A DNA stretch of 32,000 nucleotides, taken from a bacterium (GTDB lineage: Bacteria; UBP7; UBA6624). The stretch lies in contig PBAU01000003.1 in NCBI GenBank assembly GCA_002716355.1, positions 150,001 through 182,000 of the forward strand, given 5' to 3'. The translations under genes and the position numbers were made by a program. Below the pieces are notes generated by a model that was not told the origin of the DNA, searched no databases, and saw only the letters and a list, made by a program, of their open reading frames with translations. Positions 16,261-25,430 of this stretch are shown one piece after another (the first letter of the stretch is position 1; every line of letters starts with the position of its first letter).

Positions 16261-17468
16261 TACATCCTCTCAATAATAGAATCCCCAAAAGCAGAACAGC
16301 TAACTGGCTCAACCCCACCAATCAAACGAGCAAAATCATAAGTAACCTGCCTGTCAGCAATTGAATCTTCTATTCCTTTTATTATTAAATCAGCTGCCTC
16401 AGTCCAGCCAAGATGCCTTAGCATCAATTCGCCTGAAAGTATAACTGAACCTGGGTTAACCTTGTCCTGTCCTGCATACTTAGGTGCAGTTCCATGTGTT
16501 GCCTCAAAGATAGCATGACCGGATTGGTAATTAAGGTTACCTCCCGGAGCAATACCAATACCTCCAACCTGAGCAGCAAGCGCATCTGAAATGTAATCGC
16601 CATTAAGGTTAAGTGTCGCTATGACATCATATTCATCTGGCCTTGTTAGTATTTGCTGCAAAAATGCATCAGCAATAACATCCTTAACAACTTCTCCAGT
16701 TTCAAAAACCCTCCAAGGGCCTTCCTGTAAAACTTTTGCACCTCTAGAATCTGCAACTTCATATCCCCAATCTCTAAAAGCGCCTTCTGTGAATTTCATT
16801 ATGTTTCCTTTATGAACAAGCGTCAAATTCTTTCTATTGTTTTTAAACATAAAATCAAAAGCAGACCCAACAAGCCTAGAAGTGCCCTCTTTTGAAACTG
16901 GCTTAATCCCTATTCCGCAAGAGCCAGGGAATCTTATCTTCTTATACTTTTCAGGAAATTCATCAGACATCCAATTCAAAAACTTCTTTGTATCTTCAGA
17001 ATCAAAAGCATACTCAATACCTGCATAAATATCCTCAGTATTCTCTCTAAAGATTACCATATCAACTTTCTGAGGGTCTTTAACAGGGCTAGGAACACCC
17101 TTGAACCACCTAACAGGTCTTAAACAAACATAAAGATCCAAAATTTGCCTCAAAGCAACATTCAAACTCCTCATTCCTCCACCAACAGGAGTGGTCAAAG
17201 GTCCTTTTATGCCTACTAAATAATTCTTAAAAGCTTCTATGGTTGCATCAGGAAGCCAATCACCAGTCTCCCTGTAAGCTTTCTCTCCTGCCAAAACCTC
17301 AAGCCATTCAATTTTTCTACTTCCAGAATATGCCTTTTCGACAGATGCGTCAAAAACTCGTACGCTTGCCTGCCATATATCTGGACCTATTCCATCGCCC
17401 TCTATAAAAGGAATTGTTGGATTGTCCGGAACGCACAATTCCCCATCTTGCATAGTAATTTTTGTCAC
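16260..17468 (-). CDS. icd: Isocitrate dehydrogenase (NADP-type, homodimeric prokaryotic class)
   Basis: [27 protein letters not shown] (the Ser equivalent to the E. coli phosphorylation site), [28 protein letters not shown] start (17468-17466) in a GTGA overlap with the tyrS stop; [15 protein letters not shown] aligns with E. coli KITLQNGKLNVPENP. Confidence 0.95.
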   Translation of the reverse strand: MTKITMQDGELCVPDNPTIPFIEGDGIGPDIWQASVRVFDASVEKAYSGSRKIEWLEVLAGEKAYRETGDWLPDATIEAFKNYLVGIKGPLTTPVGGGMRSLNVALRQILDLYVCLRPVRWFKGVPSPVKDPQKVDMVIFRENTEDIYAGIEYAFDSEDTKKFLNWMSDEFPEKYKKIRFPGSCGIGIKPVSKEGTSRLVGSAFDFMFKNNRKNLTLVHKGNIMKFTEGAFRDWGYEVADSRGAKVLQEGPWRVFETGEVVKDVIADAFLQQILTRPDEYDVIATLNLNGDYISDALAAQVGGIGIAPGGNLNYQSGHAIFEATHGTAPKYAGQDKVNPGSVILSGELMLRHLGWTEAADLIIKGIEDSIADRQVTYDFARLIGGVEPVSCSAFGDSIIERM

Positions 17469-18640
17469 AATACCTCCAAGTCAAACCAAAACCTTTTTCC
17501 AGCCTTTACCGTACCTTTGAATTTTGGCTTAAATATAAATTGCCAATCGTTGATTGTATCTCCATCCACCTTTACACCACCTCCAGAAATAAGCCTTTTA
17601 ACCTCATTTTTGCTAGAAAAATTGCCAGTTTTGTGAATTACATCTAACAAATTAACATCACTGGAGTATGTGAAAGTTTTTCTATCATCGGGTATTGTCT
17701 TTTTTTGTATCGTATTTTCAAAATGTGATCTTGCAGACAGCGCAGATTCTTCACCTTTCAAAAAAGAGGTTATCTCGAAAGCAAGAATTTTTTTTGAATC
17801 CATTGGATGCATACTTAAAATCTCAGAAATCTTCAACTCTTCAATATCTGTCAGCAAATGAAAATAATCTTTCATTGGCGCATCAGGGAGGCTCATTAAT
17901 TTTCCATACATATCTTTTGCATTCTCTTCAAGGGATATGTGATTTTCATAAGATTTGCTCATTTTCTTTTTTCCATCAAGGCCCACAAGAAGAGGCATGG
18001 TGATGACTATCTCAGGATCTTGGCCGCTTTCCTTCATTGCTTGTCTTGTTGTCATGAAATTTGGTATTTGATCAGTTCCGCCCATTTCTACGTCTGGACA
18101 CATGACAACAGAATCATGAGCTTGAAATATTGGATAAAGAACCTCATGGACCCTAATGCTTTCGCCCCTGTTTAAACGACCTCTAAAATCATCTCTTTCA
18201 ATAATCCTGTTAAGGCTTCTCGCTTGGCATATTCCTAATATTTCTGCAGCAGATAGATTGCCTAACCAGTCATTATTGTTAAGAAAATCTGTTTTTCTAG
18301 AATCAAGAATCAATAAAGCCTGTTCCTTATAGCGTTTGGTATTTTTTTCAATTTCGACAGCACTTAAGACTGGCCTTGTCGTTTTCTTGCCACTTGGATC
18401 ACCAACCAACGCCGTAAAACCCCCTATAACTATTTGCACATTATGTCCATGATCCTGAAACCTTCTCAAAACTTTAAGAATCACCATATGCCCTAAATGA
18501 AGCTCCGGAGCTGTTGGGTCAACCCCTAGCTTAAGGTTCAATTTCTTCTTGCTTGAAATTCTTTTTTGAAGCTCATCCTTACTGACAACAGTGTCAGCGC
18601 ACCTTAATAAAAAATCTATGGAATTCAAATTATCCTTCAT
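17465..18640 (-). CDS. tyrS: Tyrosine--tRNA ligase
   Basis: HIGH motif (ELHLGHMV), KMSKS motif (KKMSKSYEN), C-terminal S4-like domain ([14 protein letters not shown]). Confidence 0.92.
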   Translation of the reverse strand: MKDNLNSIDFLLRCADTVVSKDELQKRISSKKKLNLKLGVDPTAPELHLGHMVILKVLRRFQDHGHNVQIVIGGFTALVGDPSGKKTTRPVLSAVEIEKNTKRYKEQALLILDSRKTDFLNNNDWLGNLSAAEILGICQARSLNRIIERDDFRGRLNRGESIRVHEVLYPIFQAHDSVVMCPDVEMGGTDQIPNFMTTRQAMKESGQDPEIVITMPLLVGLDGKKKMSKSYENHISLEENAKDMYGKLMSLPDAPMKDYFHLLTDIEELKISEILSMHPMDSKKILAFEITSFLKGEESALSARSHFENTIQKKTIPDDRKTFTYSSDVNLLDVIHKTGNFSSKNEVKRLISGGGVKVDGDTINDWQFIFKPKFKGTVKAGKRFWFDLEVL

Positions 18641-18651
18641 TTAAACACTCA

Positions 18652-18661
18652 ATTATAGAAA
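18652..18661. promoter_or_regulatory. Overlapping back-to-back -10 boxes (ATTATAGAAA): TCTATAAT on the minus strand, TATAGAAA on the plus strand
   Basis: Minus-strand TATAAT (18657-18652) lies 11 nt before the tyrS ATG 18640. The plus-strand box lies 28 nt before the PBP ATG 18690 (alternative TAAAAT at 18670-18675). Confidence 0.4.
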
Positions 18662-18689
18662 GTAATAAATAAAATCTACTAAAAGAACC

Positions 18690-20747
18690 ATGAGAATCAG
18701 GATGTTATTAAAAATAATTAGAGCATTTTTGAGAACGCTTGTCTCAATTTCTTTAATTTTTATAGCCTATATTTCATTTTCAGTAAGAAAAGAAATGGGA
18801 GATATAAGGCAGAAACTTGCCGAAATTCCCACTTCTCCAATTTACCTAGACAGGTATGGAAGTCAGATATATTACCAAGATGGCTTTAAACGATTCAAAT
18901 TTAATGATTCAAAAACAGGAATCCCAGAACTGGACATTCAAAGAGAGGTTTCAAGCAGGATGCTAATGCTCACAGCAATTGCAGCAGAAGACAAAAGATT
19001 TTTTTCGCATGGCGGTGTTGACGGATCTGCAATCGCAAGAGCATTCTTAGCAAATCAAAAAAACAAACAGATCGTCGAAGGCGGATCAACTATAACTCAA
19101 CAGCTAGCAAGGACAGCTTTCAAAAATGTTGTTGGTGAAGACAAAACATACATAAGAAAATTACGTGAAGTTTTTGCGGCAATGCTAATAGAAAAAGAAA
19201 TGACAAAAGAAGAGATACTTGAAAACTGGTATACATGGATCAGTTTTGTTCCGTCAAACCCAGGATTGCTAAATGCTTCTGAATCTTTATTTTCAAAAAA
19301 ACCATGGGAGCTAAAAACACACGAGATGGCATTAGTTATCGGATTAGCTCAAAGTCCAACAAGATACGACCCCCTTACATACATCAACAATGCAAACAAA
19401 AGAAAAGAAAGCGTTCTGAAAAGAATGCTTGAATTAAATTTCATAAATGAAAAAGAATATCAAGAAAGCATAAATGCTGAAGTTAAACTAAAACCACTAG
19501 AAAAAACATTTTACGCAACAGGTTTCATCAACTCCTTAAAGGAGAACGCAGATCTTGACCTTTCCGACTACCCTTTAATCAATACGACATTAGACAAGAA
19601 GCTTCAAAATAACGCTTATGCTTCTATTTGCTTTTTCATGGAAAGGCTAAAGGGTCAAAAGATTGATAAAGAGCTTGGGGGAATAGAAGGTGTTTCTTTA
19701 ATCTCTATAGACCCAAAAACAGGAGCCATTAGAGCTTTTGTAACATCACAACACGAAATAAAAGCAAAAAAAGAAAATTATGAAATTGGAGACGAGCTGG
19801 GCTGCCTTGAGAATAAAGAACCAACCTCTAAAGGAAACTGGTATGATTTTTCAAAATCCTTCAGGAGTCCTGGTTCAGCAATTAAGCCTTTCATCTTTAC
19901 GGTTGCATTAGAGAACGGAATGGATTTGAATCAAGAAATAGCAGATAGAGAAACTTTATTCTGGAACGAAGACGACTCAAGTGTATATGCTCCTCAAAAT
20001 CACGATGGCGAATATCTGAAAATATCAAATTGGGTTAATGCTTTTGCAAACTCTTCAAATGTTCCCTTTGTTTCACTCTTAGACACAATAGGGAGTGAAG
20101 AGATATCCGAATATTGGCAAAAAATGAACTTTGAGAAACCCTGGGAGGATTACCTTTCAGCAGCTCTTGGGTCAATAGAAATGAATCTTCTTGAAGTAAC
20201 TGCGCTCTTTTCCACAATTGCCTCATATGGGGAAAAAAGAAATTTTAAGTTTTTTGAATCTGGCGCTACTCAAAATGGTGAAATAATTTTTAAAAAAAAC
20301 AACAGCTCTAAAAAAATATTCGAAGCACAAACAGCGAAAAAAACTATTTATATACTTGGGGAAGCAATACAGCATGAAAAAAGCACTGCATCTGCATCAA
20401 TAATGTGCAACGGACTAGAGAGAGAAATTCCAAAACTAGCTGGAGAGTGCATTCAAGAATGGTTTCCCTCTACAAGCAAAACAATTGGGCCAAAAAAACA
20501 TGTCATATTTGGAAAAAGTGGCACAAGCCAAAACAATAGAGATGGCTGGTATATTGGATGTATCCCTGATTTATGCACTGGAATATGGATTGGATCAAGG
20601 CAAGGTGGTGGAAAATTAAGTGGAGGCAATTACCCAGCGCTAATGTTTAATATGTTCATGAGACTTTCCGCACCTACCCTTTCATGGAATACATTTGAGT
20701 CGCCAAATAATTTTGAATTTGAACCAAAAAACATCTTTAGTAATTAA
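18690..20747 (+). CDS. Class A penicillin-binding protein (GT51 glycosyltransferase plus transpeptidase)
   Basis: N-terminal TM anchor. GT51 motifs EDKRFFSHGGVD and GGSTITQQLAR. Transpeptidase motifs SAIK (SxxK), SSN (SxN), KSGT (KTG-like). Confidence 0.87.
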   Translation: MRIRMLLKIIRAFLRTLVSISLIFIAYISFSVRKEMGDIRQKLAEIPTSPIYLDRYGSQIYYQDGFKRFKFNDSKTGIPELDIQREVSSRMLMLTAIAAEDKRFFSHGGVDGSAIARAFLANQKNKQIVEGGSTITQQLARTAFKNVVGEDKTYIRKLREVFAAMLIEKEMTKEEILENWYTWISFVPSNPGLLNASESLFSKKPWELKTHEMALVIGLAQSPTRYDPLTYINNANKRKESVLKRMLELNFINEKEYQESINAEVKLKPLEKTFYATGFINSLKENADLDLSDYPLINTTLDKKLQNNAYASICFFMERLKGQKIDKELGGIEGVSLISIDPKTGAIRAFVTSQHEIKAKKENYEIGDELGCLENKEPTSKGNWYDFSKSFRSPGSAIKPFIFTVALENGMDLNQEIADRETLFWNEDDSSVYAPQNHDGEYLKISNWVNAFANSSNVPFVSLLDTIGSEEISEYWQKMNFEKPWEDYLSAALGSIEMNLLEVTALFSTIASYGEKRNFKFFESGATQNGEIIFKKNNSSKKIFEAQTAKKTIYILGEAIQHEKSTASASIMCNGLEREIPKLAGECIQEWFPSTSKTIGPKKHVIFGKSGTSQNNRDGWYIGCIPDLCTGIWIGSRQGGGKLSGGNYPALMFNMFMRLSAPTLSWNTFESPNNFEFEPKNIFSN

Positions 20748-20758
20748 ACTATACTTTA

Positions 20759-21586
20759 GTGAAAACCAAAACAAGCAATAAGAACAAAATAAATACATCC
20801 ATACTTATCGGATCAGGCAAAGGTGGAGTTGGAAAATCAATGGTTTCTGCAAATGTGGCACTAGGGCTTGCCTCAAGAGGTCTAAAGGTTGGATTGCTTG
20901 ATGCGGATATATATGGTCCTAGCCAGTCTCATTTTTTTAATCTTCCAGAAAGAACAGGAGCAACAGAAAAAGGATCGATAATCCCGCATGAAAAACATGG
21001 CATAAAAATACTTTCAATGGGCTCAATAGTCAGCAAAGACAAACCATTGATTTGGAGAGGTCCAGTTGTGCATAGGGCTTTAGAACAATTAACTAAAGAT
21101 GTGGAATGGGGGGAAATTGACATTCTTATTGCTGATATACCTCCAGGAACCGGAGATCCCTTGATATCACTAACGAATATACTAAAGCCATCAGGCAGCG
21201 TGCTTGTGACAACCCCTCAAAACACATCAATCAATGATGCTTTAAGGTCAAAGAGCGCTTTTGATAAACTGAATTGTGAAATCATAGGGATTGTTACAAA
21301 CATGAGTGGATACTTTGATAAATCACAAGACAAAATATTGCCTCTTTTCCCTAATGCAATCAATTCATTCGCTTCAAAAAATAACTTAAAAATAATTGGT
21401 GAAATACCTTTTGACCCATTGATAGCACAAACATGCGAATCAGGCAGCCCCTACCTGTCAGATCCTAAAAATTTACAAAATGATATTTGGCAAAAAGTAA
21501 TTACAAACATATTAGAATTTGCTGAAAAAAAAATAACAGAAAACAAAAACAAAAACAGGATTGGCAACCTAGAAATCATTGACTAA
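20759..21586 (+). CDS. Mrp/NBP35/ApbC-family P-loop ATPase lacking the CxxC motif
   Basis: GSGKGGVGKS (deviant Walker A), DADIYGPS, WRGPVV, DIPPGTGD, VTTPQ. A GTG start at 20759 is required because the P-loop precedes the first ATG. DKSQ (21317-21328) occupies the position of the family CxxC. Confidence 0.82.
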   Translation: MKTKTSNKNKINTSILIGSGKGGVGKSMVSANVALGLASRGLKVGLLDADIYGPSQSHFFNLPERTGATEKGSIIPHEKHGIKILSMGSIVSKDKPLIWRGPVVHRALEQLTKDVEWGEIDILIADIPPGTGDPLISLTNILKPSGSVLVTTPQNTSINDALRSKSAFDKLNCEIIGIVTNMSGYFDKSQDKILPLFPNAINSFASKNNLKIIGEIPFDPLIAQTCESGSPYLSDPKNLQNDIWQKVITNILEFAEKKITENKNKNRIGNLEIID

Positions 21587-23373
21587 AGATAATAATAAAT
21601 AATTGTCCAACACGCTGCAGCACCGGTTATCAAAGTCATTGGGATTCCAATTTTTATAAAATCTTTAAACTTGTACTGGCCTAAGCTGAATACAAGAGTA
21701 TTTGTCTGGTATCCAATAGGTGTTGCAAAAGATGCTGAAGCTGCTATTGCAACAGCAAGCATGAAAGGATAAGGGTCCCAATTCATTGAAGTACACAAAG
21801 TTAAAACCAATGGAACGAATGTGATTGCAGTCGCTGCATTAGACAAAAAACTTGTCGCTATTGCAACTAATAAATAAATAACAATCAATGCTGAAGATGA
21901 AGAAGTGTTTTGAAGACCACCTTGAAGATCTTGAACAAAGTTGTCAAAAATACCCTTTTCATACATTGCGTTACTCCAAGCAAGAAGGCCAACAAGAAGA
22001 ACAACAACCTTATGGTCAACAGCCTCTATAGCCTCTTCTATCTTTACGGTATTGAAAATCAACATTCCACCTACAACAACAATTGATACAAGATCTAATG
22101 AAAAACCCCTATAGGCTAAAAATATAAATACAAATAATGCCAATATTGCAACATTAGCATGTTTTCTGTGAAAAAAATTGTATTTATTTTCAGAAACGAT
22201 TACCAAGTCTGAATAAGGCTCATTAATTTTCTCAAAATTCGTTGAAGTGCCGTGAAGAAGCAATGTGTCACCTACACGCAAACGATAATTCATCAATGAA
22301 CCTTTTACAGGCTTTGACCCATGCCTTATGCTAAGGACAGTCAGGCCAAAATGATCACGAAAGGAAAGCTCTCCAATTGTCCTACCTGCCATTTGAGAAC
22401 CAGGAACAACTAAAGCTTGCCCCAACTTTAACCCTTCCTCTGCGGCAGATTGAAGCTCTTGTTCTGGTCCAATCATTTGTATCTCATACCTTTCAGAAAG
22501 GTAACCACATCTATCAGGATCAACTCTAACTAAAAATTCATCCCCTTCAACAAATAAAGTATCTCTATGGGGAGCCATAACCATATTGTGGTCTTTTCTA
22601 TGTATCTCTACAAGCTCAACCCCTGACTCAAAAAGAAATCCTGAATCCTCAAGATTTTTACCTACCAATATTGAATTTTCTTGTATTCGAAAAGCAACCA
22701 TAAAGCTATTTAATTCATAATTTTCAGTCAAATTTTCGCGGATATGAGTGTCAGGAAGCAACTTTCTTCCAAAAAAAGTCAACCAGACCCCACCTGCAAC
22801 AGCAGCAGCAAAGCCCGGAATGATAAAAGAAAACATCTCTATTTTTCGAAAATCTAAACCATTTGACGCTATAAGTTCCGAATAAGACTGAGCAACAAGC
22901 AAATTGGTCGAGGTTCCAATGAGGGTCATCGCTCCGCCTAAGATTGCAACATAAGATATTGGTATAAGAAGCTTACTTGTAGAAATGCCGCTTCTTCTTC
23001 CAAGCTCTAATGCAACGGGTATAAGAATTATCACAACAGCAGTATTGTTAAGAAACATTGAAAGAACTGCAATCACAAAAAAGAAAAAACCAACTCTAAA
23101 TCTCGTTACAGACCTTGGCTCGCCTTCACTTCCAACCAAAAATCTTCCTATCAGGTTGAAAGCTCCGCTTTTTTGGATTGCAAAGCCAAGTACATATAGT
23201 GCAGAAATCGTAACAACAGCCGGATCAACAATGACAGCGAGACCTTCTGAAGGACTAAGTGCACCAAAAGCAATTAACAAAAACCACAAACCCGCCCCGA
23301 CCCTTTCGTAAGCAACAAGATCAAAAACAAGAAGCACTATTGCGCAGATGCCTAAAAAAACAGAAATATCCAT
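21583..23373 (-). CDS. SLC13/DASS-family permease with two central TrkA-C (RCK_C) domains
   Basis: Polytopic N- and C-terminal transporter halves flank two RCK_C-like segments (ILVGKNLEDSGF...VEGDEFLVRVDP; MAGRTIGELSFRDHFGLTVLSIRHG...VGDTLLLHGTS). Confidence 0.82.
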   Translation of the reverse strand: MDISVFLGICAIVLLVFDLVAYERVGAGLWFLLIAFGALSPSEGLAVIVDPAVVTISALYVLGFAIQKSGAFNLIGRFLVGSEGEPRSVTRFRVGFFFFVIAVLSMFLNNTAVVIILIPVALELGRRSGISTSKLLIPISYVAILGGAMTLIGTSTNLLVAQSYSELIASNGLDFRKIEMFSFIIPGFAAAVAGGVWLTFFGRKLLPDTHIRENLTENYELNSFMVAFRIQENSILVGKNLEDSGFLFESGVELVEIHRKDHNMVMAPHRDTLFVEGDEFLVRVDPDRCGYLSERYEIQMIGPEQELQSAAEEGLKLGQALVVPGSQMAGRTIGELSFRDHFGLTVLSIRHGSKPVKGSLMNYRLRVGDTLLLHGTSTNFEKINEPYSDLVIVSENKYNFFHRKHANVAILALFVFIFLAYRGFSLDLVSIVVVGGMLIFNTVKIEEAIEAVDHKVVVLLVGLLAWSNAMYEKGIFDNFVQDLQGGLQNTSSSSALIVIYLLVAIATSFLSNAATAITFVPLVLTLCTSMNWDPYPFMLAVAIAASASFATPIGYQTNTLVFSLGQYKFKDFIKIGIPMTLITGAAACWTIIYYYL

Positions 23374-23380
23374 AATCGAT

Positions 23381-24028
23381 TTACTTCAAGGAAAGCTTCC
23401 TGAAGTCTTGCCTATCTAAAAGTTTATGAAAATCAGCATGGTTGATCAATTCAGAAGATACATTACCCCTGGATGAAACGACACCAACAACTTGTCCAAT
23501 TTCCTTTAAATTCTTTAAAAGATGAATAAAGTCTGCATCACCTGAAACGAGTATCTGAACATCTGATATCTCTCTATTTGCATCTTTAATCATATCTACA
23601 GCTATCTGAACATCTATGCCCTTCTCTTTGATTTCAATTGCATCATCTATCAAAAAACTTCTTAGAGAGGATTCCAAACTTGCCAATTTAGCAATCGCCT
23701 CTCTTGGCAAGGTTTTATCCTGACATGCCTTCTTTATTGTTTCCAGAATGTTTTTAGAAACTTTCCTTGTCTCAACCTTTAGCTTGCCTAGCTTAACCTC
23801 CATCCTTTCTTGCCTATTGATAAATTCCACAAATTTAGATTTGCGATCGTATGCTATTGGGTCTAAACTTCTATCTGGCAAAGCAACGTAGTAATAAGCT
23901 CTTATTAGCCTTTTATCGCTGCCAACAATATTTTGCACAAGCCTTTTAACATCAACTCTTGCGATTCCATAATCCATGTGCGATCTATAAAGATTATGTG
24001 CATCAATATATACAATTACTTTTTCCAC
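23381..24028 (-). CDS. NYN (LabA/DUF88-like) domain protein, predicted RNase fold
   Basis: VIVYIDAHNLY... KGIDVQIAVDM... ILVSGDADFIHLLKNLKEIG. GTG start (24028-24026) preceded by AGAGG (24042-24038) with a 9-nt spacer. Confidence 0.75.
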   Translation of the reverse strand: MEKVIVYIDAHNLYRSHMDYGIARVDVKRLVQNIVGSDKRLIRAYYYVALPDRSLDPIAYDRKSKFVEFINRQERMEVKLGKLKVETRKVSKNILETIKKACQDKTLPREAIAKLASLESSLRSFLIDDAIEIKEKGIDVQIAVDMIKDANREISDVQILVSGDADFIHLLKNLKEIGQVVGVVSSRGNVSSELINHADFHKLLDRQDFRKLSLK

Positions 24029-24048
24029 CTTAAAAAACCTCTTACCAA

Positions 24049-24056
24049 ATTCTATA
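24049..24056 (-). promoter_or_regulatory. Candidate -10 box TATAGAAT for the NYN/SLC13 transcription unit
   Basis: The exact 8-mer on the minus strand, 20 nt before GTG 24028, with AGAGG in between. A TTGACT lies 21 nt upstream, which is a long spacer. Confidence 0.35.
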
Positions 24057-24095
24057 TTTTTTTTCGAATTAATGCTAAGTCAAAAAAATAATAGA

Positions 24096-24103
24096 TATAG
24101 AAT
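24096..24103 (+). promoter_or_regulatory. Candidate -10 box TATAGAAT for fumC
   Basis: The exact 8-mer, 10 nt before ATG 24114. No Shine-Dalgarno lies between them. Confidence 0.4.
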
Positions 24104-24113
24104 TAACTTTTAG

Positions 24114-25430
24114 ATGAATAAGCTTTACGGAAAAGAAACACAGCTTGCAATAGACAATTTCAAAATATCTTCACAGAAGATTTCCCAACATGTAATTTCA
24201 GCCATTGCTTTAATCAAATACTCTATGGCTAAAGCTAACAGCAAATTTAAACTACTTGAAAAAAGCAAACTTGAACCAATACAGAAGGCAAGTCAGGAGG
24301 TTATGGACGGAAAATGGCTTGAACAGTTTCCGATAGATGTCTTTCAGACAGGTTCTGGAACAAGCACGCACATGAATGTCAATGAAGTGGTTGCAAAAAG
24401 AAGCTCTGAACTATCAAGTACAAAAATTGATGCTCATGATGATTTAAACATAGGACAGTCATCGAATGATGTCATACCTTCATCAATACAGATTGCAGCT
24501 GCCCTAGCAATTAAAAATCATCTAATTCCATCACTTAAAAACCTAATAAACGAAACAGAAGCCCTTGCGCAAAGGTCATCCGGCTTGATAAAAACTGGCA
24601 GGACCCATCTTATGGATGCACTGCCAATCAAGCTTGAGGATGAAATTAAAGCTTGGAAATATGGTCTTGAATATTGCCTTGAAGAAATTAGCGACTGTTT
24701 AAAAAAATTATCTGAAATTCCTTTAGGCGGAACAGCTGTCGGATCTGGTGCAAACTCATCAAGGAAAGCCACCCTGGAATGTTTAAACATAATGTCTGAA
24801 AAAACATCATTACAACTAAAACAAATTAAATCTCCATTTTTAGGCATGTCAATTCCCCTTCCCTTGCTGATTGCTTCATCTCGTTTAAAAAACCTGTCAT
24901 CGTGTCTTTACAAGATTTCAAATGATTTAAGATGGATGAATTCAGGGCCACTTGCGGGTTTGTCAGAGATCAAGCTGCCCAAACTTCAACCAGGATCATC
25001 CATAATGCCCGGTAAAGTTAATCCAGTTATACCTGAGGCAGTGTGTCAAGCTTGTTTTCAAGTTCAAGGAAATGACAACGTTGTAACGAATGCAGTTTCT
25101 TCTGGATCCTTCCAACTGAATGTCACGTATCCACTTATTTCAAAAAATCTACTTGAATCAATTGAACTGTTATCAAACTCAATGATTGCACTTTCCGAAA
25201 AAGGAATCAACAGCATTGAGTTCAACAAAGATCTTATTCAGGAAAGACTTTGGAAAAACCCAATACTAGTAACTGCACTAAACTCGAGAATAGGTTATAA
25301 AAAAGCATCGAAAATAGCGCAAAAAGCCTATAATGAAAAAAGAAGCATCCTTGATGTTGCATCGGAAATGACAAATATTTCCAAAGAAGAGCTAAAAGAA
25401 ATAATGGACCCAGGAAGACTTTCCCAATGA
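24114..25430 (+). CDS. fumC: Class II fumarate hydratase (fumarase/aspartase superfamily)
   Basis: QTGSGTS, GQSSNDV, GRTHLMDALP, LGGTAVGSG and GSSIMPGKVNP are FumC-like rather than AspA-like (QGGAGTS, QSTND, RTQLQDA, MPAK). The segment after KVNP (VIPEAV) looks more AspA-like, so some ambiguity remains. Confidence 0.8.
   Translation: MNKLYGKETQLAIDNFKISSQKISQHVISAIALIKYSMAKANSKFKLLEKSKLEPIQKASQEVMDGKWLEQFPIDVFQTGSGTSTHMNVNEVVAKRSSELSSTKIDAHDDLNIGQSSNDVIPSSIQIAAALAIKNHLIPSLKNLINETEALAQRSSGLIKTGRTHLMDALPIKLEDEIKAWKYGLEYCLEEISDCLKKLSEIPLGGTAVGSGANSSRKATLECLNIMSEKTSLQLKQIKSPFLGMSIPLPLLIASSRLKNLSSCLYKISNDLRWMNSGPLAGLSEIKLPKLQPGSSIMPGKVNPVIPEAVCQACFQVQGNDNVVTNAVSSGSFQLNVTYPLISKNLLESIELLSNSMIALSEKGINSIEFNKDLIQERLWKNPILVTALNSRIGYKKASKIAQKAYNEKRSILDVASEMTNISKEELKEIMDPGRLSQ

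Noticed and set aside
18641-18689. T-box leader upstream of tyrS
   Set aside because: The spacer is 49 bp and contains only A/T-rich promoter-like sequence. A T-box leader needs about 200 nt or more.
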